NCBI GenBank assembly: GCA_965200315.1
Contig: OZ241362.1
Span: 4,832,001 to 4,896,000, forward strand
Direction of reading: 5' to 3'
From: Candidatus Latescibacterota bacterium
Lineage (GTDB): Bacteria; Latescibacterota; UBA2968; UBA8231
Length of the DNA: 64,000 nt
The notes under the pieces were generated by a model. The model searched no databases and had not been told where the DNA came from. It worked only from the letters and a program-made list of their open reading frames with translations. The position numbers and the translations under genes were made by a program. Numbering within the stretch: position 1 is the stretch's first letter; each line of letters begins with the position of its first letter. Of the stretch, positions 56,881 to 64,000 are shown piece after piece.

Positions 56881-57738
56881 ATGGCCGAGCAACGCAAATT
56901 TTCTTTTGCCAAACCTTTCGTTTATCTGGTGTTGTGCGGCTATCTGACGGTTGTGGTCTATCCGATGCTGTGGCTGCTCTACACCTCACTAAAGACCGAC
57001 CGCGAGATTTTCCTCAATCCCTTCAGCCTGCCCGAGCTCGGAGATTTGCAATGGATCAACTTTACAAACGCCTGGACTAAGGGGCACTTCGGCGACTACT
57101 TCTTCAACAGCGTCTTCTTGACCGTGGCGACGGTGGCGGTCTCCATGCTGCTGGCGGCGATGGCGGCCTACGCGCTGGCGCGCTTTAGCTTCTTTGGCGT
57201 GCGGCCGATGTTTTTCTACTTCTTGGCTGGGCTGATGATTCCGCTGCAACTGTCTATTGTGCCGCTCTTTTTTCAGATGAAGGACTTCGGCCTGCTCAAC
57301 TCGCGTCTCGGCATTCTGATGGTCTATGTGGCCTTTGGGATGCCGTTTGCCATCTTTATCCTCACCGGGTTTTTCAAGTCTTTGCCCTCCGGGTTGCACG
57401 AATCGGCGCTGATAGATGGGGCGGGGGAGTTTCGGGCGTTTTGGTCGATTATGCTGCCGTTGGCGCGGCCCGGGCTTATTACGGTGGGCATCTTCGCCTT
57501 TTTGGGGACTTGGAACGAGTTTTTCATGGCCTTTATGTTCTTGTCCGGGGAAGGGTCGCAGGCATTGCGCACCCTGCCGTTGGGGCTGGCCAACATCACT
57601 ATCGTCAGTCAGTACCGCAGCGATTGGGGCATGGCCTTTGCCGGATTGGTGCTGATCATGGCTCCGACGATGCTGGTGTATGCTTTTCTACAGCAATATC
57701 TGACGAAGGGGATTACGGTTGGGGCGCTCAAGGGGTAA
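56881..57738 (+). CDS. Sugar ABC transporter permease (MalG-like)
   Basis: SLKT, GLMIP.Q, L.ESALIDGA, WNEF and G.T.GALKG. Confidence 0.92.
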   Translation: MAEQRKFSFAKPFVYLVLCGYLTVVVYPMLWLLYTSLKTDREIFLNPFSLPELGDLQWINFTNAWTKGHFGDYFFNSVFLTVATVAVSMLLAAMAAYALARFSFFGVRPMFFYFLAGLMIPLQLSIVPLFFQMKDFGLLNSRLGILMVYVAFGMPFAIFILTGFFKSLPSGLHESALIDGAGEFRAFWSIMLPLARPGLITVGIFAFLGTWNEFFMAFMFLSGEGSQALRTLPLGLANITIVSQYRSDWGMAFAGLVLIMAPTMLVYAFLQQYLTKGITVGALKG

Positions 57739-57756
57739 AAGGAGCCGGGAGGATTG

Positions 57757-60700
57757 ATGAGCAAAACGACGACGCGGCTGACGGCAACCATTGAAACCTA
57801 TCTCGCCGATCTGCAACGAGTCCGCGCCTCCGGCGGCGCAACCGGCGAGCGGTCGAGCTATGGGCCGCTGGCGGGCCTGCTGAACGCCATCGGCACCACG
57901 GTCAAGCCCAAGGTGTTCTGCGTTGGCGAGTTGGCCGATCAGGGAGCTGGGCATCCCGACTTTGGGCTGTACTCGGCAAAGCAGGTTCAGAAGGGGCAAC
58001 CGAAACAGGGGCAGGTGCCCGAAGGCGGTGTGGTTGAAGTGAAAGCGGCAGACGATGACGCTTGGTTGACCGCGGCGGGCGATCAGGTCAGCCGCTATTG
58101 GGACCGCTACCGGCGGGTGCTGGTGACCAATACGCGCGACTTCGTGCTGGTGGGCGAGGATGCGGCGGGGCGACCTGCTAAGCTCGAAACGTTTCGGCTG
58201 GCGGCAAGTGCGGCCGAGTTTGAGCAACGGTTGGAAAGTCCGCGTGTTTTTGCTGGTGAGGTCGGCGCGGGTTTGGGGGAATATCTGTGCCGGGTGCTGG
58301 CGCATCGGGCGCGGCTTTCTGAGCCGAAGGACTTGGCTTGGCTGTTAGCGTCTCATGCCCGCGATGCGCTGGCGCGGGTCGAGGCGGCGGGCGATGCGCC
58401 AGCGTTGACGGCGGTGCGGGCGGCACTGGAAGAGGCCCTCGGCGTCCGCTTTGAGGGCGAACGAGGGGCTCGGTTTTTTCGTTCGACGCTGGTGCAAACA
58501 CTGTTCTACGGGGTGTTTTCCGCTTGGGTACTGTGGGCGCGGCAAATACCATCGCCCGCGAAAGCGTTTAATTGGCGCGAAGCCGTTTGGCACTTGCGGG
58601 CCCCTGTCATGCAGGCCCTGTTCCAACAACTATCGCAGCCCGGTCGCCTGCAACCGCTCGGCCTCGTCGAGGTGCTGGACTGGACCTCTGCTGCGCTCGA
58701 CCGGGTGGGTCGCGACGCCTTCTTTGCCCGCTTCAACGAGGGCGCGGCCGTAACCTATTTCTACGAGCCGTTTTTGGAAGCCTTTGATCCCGAATTACGC
58801 AAGCAGTTGGGCGTCTGGTACACGCCAGCCGAAGTGGTGCGCTACATGGTCGCCCGCGTGGATAAGGCACTGCGGGACGATCTCGGCATTGCCGACGGAC
58901 TGGCTGCGGAAAACGTCTATGTGCTCGATCCGTGCTGTGGCACCGGGGCGTATCTGGCGGAAGTGCTGCGCCGCATGGCCGCCAATCTGGAAAATCAAGG
59001 CTTGGGTGCGCTGACCGGTGCTCGGATCAAGCAGGCAGCGACCGAGCGCGTGTTTGGCTTTGAGATTATGCCTGCGCCGTTTGTCGTCGCTCATTTGCAA
59101 GTTGGGTTGACCATGCAGGCACTCGACGCGGCACTGGCCGACGACGGTCAGGAACGCGCCCAAGTGTTTCTCACCAATGCGCTGACCGGCTGGGAGCCGC
59201 ATACGACTAAACCGCTACCGTTCCCCGAACTGGAGGAGGAACGCGACCGGGCCGAGCGCGTGAAACAGGAGACGCCGATTCTGGTGATTTTGGGCAATCC
59301 ACCCTATAACGGCTTTGCGGGCATGGCTATGGACGAAGAGCGGGCACTAGCCGAAGCCTACCGCACGCCTAAGCGGGTGCGCCGTCCTGAAGGCCAAGGG
59401 CTGAACGACCTCTATGTCCGCTTTTTTCGCATGGCCGAGCGGCGTATTGCAAAGACCGGCCAGGGTGTGGTCTGCTTCATTTCCAACTACTCGTGGCTCG
59501 ACGGGCTGTCGCATACGGGGATGCGGGAGCAATTTCTTGGAGCATTCGACGCGATACGGATTGACTGCTTGAACGGCGACAAATACGGGACTGGCAAGGT
59601 CGCGCCGAACGGATCGCCAGACCCGAGCATCTTTTCGACGCCGGACGATCCGGTCGGCATTCAAGTTGGGACGGCGATTGCGCTGTTGATACGCAAGGAG
59701 GCTCATGCCCCGGCTGCAACAATCGGCTTTCGGCATCTGTGGGGACAGGCCAAGCGGGAGGCATTGATTGAGACGGAGGAGGCGGAGCCGGATGCGATCT
59801 ACGACAGTGTTGAGCCGATGTTGCCGCTTGGTCTGCCGTTTAAGCAAACGGCGGTGAGCGAGGATTGGTTCGCCTGGCCGGCACTCCCGGACCTGTTTCC
59901 GGTGTCGTTTCCCGGCGTCAAGACCAGCCGCAATGGATTTCTCATCGACATCGATCTCGACCCGCTCAAGGCGCGGGTTGCCGATTACTTCAACGCGGAT
60001 TTGCGCCACCAAGAAATCACCCGCCGCCATCCGGCCATAATGAAAAAATCAGCGCAGTTCGACGCCGAGGCTGTGCGCGATGAGCTACTGGTACGCGGTG
60101 GACCGAACCAAGCCGGGTTCATCCGTCATACCTATCGGCCATTTGATAATCGCTGGCTGTATTGGGAAGCGGATTCAAAGCTGCTCGACCGACCGCGGCC
60201 CCAGTATGAGCCGCATGTATTCGAGGGAAATCTGTGGCTTTCCGCGGCGCAGCACCTGCGCAAGGATGCCAACGAGCCGCAAGCCTGTTTCACGAAAATT
60301 ATGGGCTCCGGGCATCTGATTGAACGCGGTGCGAGTATGTTCCCCGCCTATCTCCGCGAGGAGGGCGATCTCGGCAACGGCGGCCAATCCGGCGACCGTC
60401 CCAATCTGTCGCCCGTTGCTCAACGCTACCTCAAGTGCCTCGGTGCGTCCGTCGAAGACCTCTTCTACCACGTCCTCTCTATCCTCCACGATCCCGCTTA
60501 CCGCGCAGCCAACGCCGGAGCGCTCCGCATGGAATGGCCGCGCATCCCCCTGCCGGGCTGGCCCGATGGCGAAGCGGACGGCGCGGCAGAGTCTCTCGCT
60601 GCATCAGCGGCGCGAGGGCGCGAACTGGCCCGCCTGCTCGACCCCGAGGCACTCGTGCCGGGCGTTACCCAAGGCACGTTGCGCCCAGAAATCGCCGCCC

Positions 60701-61122
60701 TTGCCGTGCCCGCCACCACCGACGACCGCAACATGACCGGCGACGATTTCGCCCTCACCGTCGGGTGGGGCCACTACGGAACGGGCGCCTCCGTAATGCC
60801 GGGCCAAGGCCGCATCGTCGAGCGCGAATACACCCCAGAGGAACGCGCCGCGCTGGGGGATACCCTGCCCGCGCTGGGCGAAAAGACGCTGGACGTGTAT
60901 TTGAACGACCGCGCCTTCTGGCGCAACGTCCCCGCCGCAATTTGGGACTACAAACTCGGCGGCTATCAGGTGCTCAAGAAATGGCTATCGTACCGGGAAA
61001 GCGATGCCTTAGGGAGGGCACTGACGCCGGAGGAAGTGCTGTACTTTGCGGAGATGGCGAGGAGGGTTGGGGGGATGTTGATTTGCAAACGCCGTTGCAT
61101 CAATTGCCGAGCAGATCAATGA
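57757..61122 (+). CDS. Single-chain R-M enzyme with an ISP-type MTase/TRD but no helicase (Type IIG/IIL-like)
   Basis: N-terminal GHPDF...VEVK nuclease. FYEPFL..FDP, GVWYTP, DPCCGTG, GNPPY, YRPFD, WPRIP and GGYQVLKKWL. No DEAH box. Confidence 0.85.
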   Translation: MSKTTTRLTATIETYLADLQRVRASGGATGERSSYGPLAGLLNAIGTTVKPKVFCVGELADQGAGHPDFGLYSAKQVQKGQPKQGQVPEGGVVEVKAADDDAWLTAAGDQVSRYWDRYRRVLVTNTRDFVLVGEDAAGRPAKLETFRLAASAAEFEQRLESPRVFAGEVGAGLGEYLCRVLAHRARLSEPKDLAWLLASHARDALARVEAAGDAPALTAVRAALEEALGVRFEGERGARFFRSTLVQTLFYGVFSAWVLWARQIPSPAKAFNWREAVWHLRAPVMQALFQQLSQPGRLQPLGLVEVLDWTSAALDRVGRDAFFARFNEGAAVTYFYEPFLEAFDPELRKQLGVWYTPAEVVRYMVARVDKALRDDLGIADGLAAENVYVLDPCCGTGAYLAEVLRRMAANLENQGLGALTGARIKQAATERVFGFEIMPAPFVVAHLQVGLTMQALDAALADDGQERAQVFLTNALTGWEPHTTKPLPFPELEEERDRAERVKQETPILVILGNPPYNGFAGMAMDEERALAEAYRTPKRVRRPEGQGLNDLYVRFFRMAERRIAKTGQGVVCFISNYSWLDGLSHTGMREQFLGAFDAIRIDCLNGDKYGTGKVAPNGSPDPSIFSTPDDPVGIQVGTAIALLIRKEAHAPAATIGFRHLWGQAKREALIETEEAEPDAIYDSVEPMLPLGLPFKQTAVSEDWFAWPALPDLFPVSFPGVKTSRNGFLIDIDLDPLKARVADYFNADLRHQEITRRHPAIMKKSAQFDAEAVRDELLVRGGPNQAGFIRHTYRPFDNRWLYWEADSKLLDRPRPQYEPHVFEGNLWLSAAQHLRKDANEPQACFTKIMGSGHLIERGASMFPAYLREEGDLGNGGQSGDRPNLSPVAQRYLKCLGASVEDLFYHVLSILHDPAYRAANAGALRMEWPRIPLPGWPDGEADGAAESLAASAARGRELARLLDPEALVPGVTQGTLRPEIAALAVPATTDDRNMTGDDFALTVGWGHYGTGASVMPGQGRIVEREYTPEERAALGDTLPALGEKTLDVYLNDRAFWRNVPAAIWDYKLGGYQVLKKWLSYRESDALGRALTPEEVLYFAEMARRVGGMLICKRRCINCRADQ

Positions 61123-61330
61123 ATGCCTCTCGGTCAATCCCTACATCTCTCTGAATCTTGGACATAAGGCCAACGCCGATCGTTTCACCGCCATGAATGG
61201 GCACAACTGTGCTCCGACCATCAGAGTGCTTCAAAATCGCGTGACTCCCTCGTTGCCTCACAAGCTCGAAACCGACTTTCCGCAGAGACCGGACCACATG
61301 GGCACCCGTCACTCGCGGCATTCTGTTCAT
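61100..61330 (-). CDS. hicA: HicA family mRNase toxin
   Basis: L.KVGF...RQRGSH...H.DG...VVPIH...G...KI. Confidence 0.9.
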   Translation of the reverse strand: MNRMPRVTGAHVVRSLRKVGFELVRQRGSHAILKHSDGRSTVVPIHGGETIGVGLMSKIQRDVGIDREAFIDLLGN

Positions 61331-61539
61331 ACGGATATTCTTTGAATGCCTACCAGTTCAAGTGAGTTCGGAGCGTTTTCGCTATTGGCCTCAAGCCAGA
61401 GTGCGATTGCCTCCGCCATCCGTTCGAGCAACTGGTCAATTGACTTTCCTTGGGTATGACAGCCCGGAAGGCCGGGGATACTGCCAACGTAATAACCGTC
61501 TTCGTCTTTCTCGATGACGATAGTGTATTCAGTACTCAT
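61327..61539 (-). CDS. hicB: HicB family antitoxin (short, no DNA-binding domain)
   Basis: YTIVIEKDEDGYY...P.LPGCHTQG....E...EAI.L. Confidence 0.9.
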   Translation of the reverse strand: MSTEYTIVIEKDEDGYYVGSIPGLPGCHTQGKSIDQLLERMAEAIALWLEANSENAPNSLELVGIQRISV

Positions 61540-61596
61540 TGGATTCTCCTATAGTCGAGTATGGATAGTCATGAATACTCGCGGAAGACGCCGCTT

Positions 61597-61722
61597 CTAG
61601 GAGTTGCCGAGGTGTCCCAGAATTTCACTAGCTCTGGTGATTACCACCTCTTCACCGGCTTTGACTTGACGCAAATAGGTGCTCAACGACATTTTGAGTT
61701 GTGATACCGTCGTGGTCTGCAT
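61597..61722 (-). pseudogene. Truncated Phd/YefM antitoxin
   Basis: Manual translation MQTTTVSQLKMSLSTYLRQVKAGEEVVIT, then a divergent tail and a stop after 41 aa. Confidence 0.7.
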
Positions 61723-61829
61723 GGAGTCCCTTTCTAGTTAATGCCTGCAGAGCAATATGGTCAAATCGCATCGTCAATCAATTATCGCACGGTATATCAA
61801 CACCTTATCCATTGGATCAAGACGATAGC

Positions 61830-62759
61830 TTATATCGCTTGCCCGGTAGTAGAATTGACACGGCGGAAGATGTGGATGAGTCGGTTGCGCGTCTTTTGCG
61901 TCAGTGGCGGGCGGGCGAAAGACGCGAGATTGGCGTCGAGGTGGTCGGCGTTGCCCGTGCCGGAGAGGACGATGTGGACGCCCGGCTCGTCGCGGCAAAA
62001 GCGATAGGCGGCATCGGGTAGCGATGGAGCCTCGGCCAGCAGGAAGTCGGGAAAGTCGGCGAGGTCAGCCGGATCGAGTTGTCCCTTTTCGACGAGCGCG
62101 TCGGTGAATGCGCGCAGGTTGTCGGGGTGGCTAAGTGCCTTTCTAACGGCGAACATGATTTGGATGCCGACGTTTTGCGCGATGGCCTGCGCGAAGATGT
62201 GGGCGCGAGCGGTCTGGTTGAGCAGATTGAAGCCGACCATCAGGACATCCCACAGATCGTCGGCCAGAGCCTGCTGGAGCATGGTGTGTTCAAAGTCTTC
62301 GTTGAACATCTCACTGAGGCCGACAAAGCGTATTTTGCCCTGCTGTTGCGCCTTTTGCAGCGCGGGATAGATGTCGTCGACGAGATAGGCGTAGTCTTGG
62401 GGTACGACGCCGTGCAGATTGTAGAGGTCGATGCAGTCGGTGTCTAGGTGCTTTAGACTTTGGTCGAGGCTGGTTTGCAAGGTGTCGGGTGTGACCTGTT
62501 CGTCTCGGGTGGATTTTTTGGTGGAGAGGATGACCGAGGTGCGGTCGCGGCCCTGTAGGGCTTGGCCGACGATGGATTCCGTGCCATAGCCTTCGGCCGT
62601 ATCGACGAAGTTGACCCCGCGATCTAAGGCGCGGCGGACGAGGTCGGCGGACTGGGCGTCGGTTAGGCCGGCGTTGCGTCCAAGTCGGCTGTGGCCGCCA
62701 GCCCCTAAGCCCATGCGCGAGACGGTTAGATTGGTGCGGCCTAAGAGGGTAGTTTGCAT
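61830..62759 (-). CDS. Aldo/keto reductase
   Basis: LGRTNLTVSRMGLG, GVNFVDTAEGYG, STK, SL..L.TD.IDLY.LH and GKIRFVGLS. Confidence 0.92.
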   Translation of the reverse strand: MQTTLLGRTNLTVSRMGLGAGGHSRLGRNAGLTDAQSADLVRRALDRGVNFVDTAEGYGTESIVGQALQGRDRTSVILSTKKSTRDEQVTPDTLQTSLDQSLKHLDTDCIDLYNLHGVVPQDYAYLVDDIYPALQKAQQQGKIRFVGLSEMFNEDFEHTMLQQALADDLWDVLMVGFNLLNQTARAHIFAQAIAQNVGIQIMFAVRKALSHPDNLRAFTDALVEKGQLDPADLADFPDFLLAEAPSLPDAAYRFCRDEPGVHIVLSGTGNADHLDANLASFARPPLTQKTRNRLIHIFRRVNSTTGQAI

Positions 62760-62870
62760 GACCGGGGTGTAGTTTAGGGGATCGGTGCTTAATATATAGC
62801 AATCCTGAAGCATTCAATAATCCGCAGATGGCGCAGATAATTTACAAGACGATCCGCAAGCAAGAAGCGC

Positions 62871-63527
62871 ATGGGCAAAACTAAGAAGGCACACAAAGTG
62901 AAATACATCGCATTGGCCCTAGCATTACTCGGCGGCAGTGCCTCTGCCCAAGAGGCGGACTCCAGCCGCGTCATTCTCTTTTTCGGCGATAGCCTGACCG
63001 CTGGTTATGGCCTCGACCGCGAACAGGCCTTTCCGGCTTTGGTGCAGGCGCGGATTGATTCGCTTGGCTGGAACTTTGAGGTTTTCAATGCCGGGCTTGG
63101 CGGCGAGACCTCAGCCGGTGGGTTGCGCCGCATTGACTGGCTTTTGCGCCGCCCCATCGACGTCTTCGTCCTCGAATTGGGGGCCAACGACGGCCTGCGC
63201 GGCATAGATCCCAAAGACACCCGCGCCAACCTGCAACAAATCGTCGAGCGGGTGCAGGCGAAAAACCCGCAAGTAGCCCTAGTCATCGCCGGGATGCTAA
63301 TGCCGCCCAATTTGGGCGCGGAATACACAGAGGCGTTTGCGGCGATTTTCCCGGCGTTGGCAAAAGAAAACGACGCGGCCTTGATTCCCTTTTTGTTGGA
63401 AGGCGTGGGCGACCAACCCGCGCTGAACCTGCCCGACGGCAACCATCCCAACGCCGAAGGCCACCGGATCGTCGCCGGAACCGTGTGGGCGACGCTGGGG
63501 CCGGTGCTGGCGAAGCTGCGCCGCTAA
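62871..63527 (+). CDS. tesA: SGNH arylesterase / acyl-CoA thioesterase I
   Basis: GDSLTAGYG, NAG..GET..GG, ELGANDGLRG and D.NHP. Confidence 0.88.
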   Translation: MGKTKKAHKVKYIALALALLGGSASAQEADSSRVILFFGDSLTAGYGLDREQAFPALVQARIDSLGWNFEVFNAGLGGETSAGGLRRIDWLLRRPIDVFVLELGANDGLRGIDPKDTRANLQQIVERVQAKNPQVALVIAGMLMPPNLGAEYTEAFAAIFPALAKENDAALIPFLLEGVGDQPALNLPDGNHPNAEGHRIVAGTVWATLGPVLAKLRR

Positions 63528-64000
63528 CCGAGCGAGCGCAGGACTTCGAGCGGTGGGCTGCTGTGGACGCCGCGGCTGGAGGCCATGCCAACGGCGACCG
63601 TTAGCAGACTGACCGCCGCAAAGGCGAGGATCAGCGGCAGGTAGTCGGGCGCGAAGCTGATCTCGAAGAGATAGCGGTTCAAGGCCCAGACGCCCCCTAG
63701 CGACAGGGCCACTCCCGTCGCCGCGGCAAAAGCTCCCAAAAACAGATATTCGAGTGCCATGATCGCTACCACTTGGCGGCGACGGGCCCCCAAGGTCTTG
63801 AGCAAGACGCTTTCCTCAATGCGTTGGTAGCGGCTGCTGGCAATCACGCCGACGAGTACGAGCAGGCCCACGGAGACGCTGAAAAAGGCCATAAAGCGCA
63901 TCACCAGCGACACCTTGTCGAGGATGGTATCGACCGTGCTGAGGATGCTGCCGAGATCGATGACCGAGACATTGGGAAATTGGCGCACGGTGGCCCGCTG
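63524..64000 (-). CDS. FtsX-like ABC permease (YbbP-like), C-terminal part (5' end outside the window)
   Basis: FPNVSVID...R..E...LKTLGA.R...EY...G...PLEVLR. Adjacent to tesA. Confidence 0.85.
   Translation of the reverse strand, partial: QRATVRQFPNVSVIDLGSILSTVDTILDKVSLVMRFMAFFSVSVGLLVLVGVIASSRYQRIEESVLLKTLGARRRQVVAIMALEYLFLGAFAAATGVALSLGGVWALNRYLFEISFAPDYLPLILAFAAVSLLTVAVGMASSRGVHSSPPLEVLRSLG

Noticed and set aside
1-64000. Stop-codon reassignment (TAG readthrough), suggested by the abundant CTAG
   Set aside because: The CTAGs fall in CTA Leu codons or other frames. Long genes are intact under code 11 and several end normally at TAG.
1-64000. CRISPR array, tRNA, rRNA, retron/DGR, integrase or transposase
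   Set aside because: No regularly spaced repeats, cloverleaf, RT motifs, tyrosine recombinase or DDE ORFs were recognised by eye.

Overview
64 kb of GC-rich (roughly 60-65% by eye) bacterial chromosome. FlgD-type C-terminal domains, CRTAC1/ASPIC proteins, C-terminal SW(G/A)xIK tails, a DUF6784 relic and sulfatases suggest an FCB-group candidate phylum such as Latescibacterota (inference). Left part (1-24.2 kb, minus strand): a tightly coupled envelope operon with a membrane-anchored 1088-aa TPR protein, a DUF4159 protein, an AgmX/PglI (TonB-C-like) lipoprotein, a small lipoprotein, two discoidin+FlgD paralogs with PNGDxIND tails and three ~900-aa paralogs of an unrecognised, probably outer-membrane, Asp-rich family. 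These are followed by a GH-like propeller, a FlgD-tail secreted protein and a CRTAC1 protein. This operon is the best candidate for an undescribed secretion or surface-display system. Right part: carbohydrate ABC, sulfatase and oxidoreductase genes, interleaved with defence modules (Type ISP enzyme plus a low-GC gene pair, a Type II R-M cassette with a G11 tract in the methyltransferase, a helicase-less ISP-like enzyme, HEPN-MNT, AbrB-VapC, hicBA) and many deletion relics. CTAG looks enriched and CCWGG depleted. No rRNA, tRNA, CRISPR array or transposase was seen. Family names come from motif recognition, not database searches.
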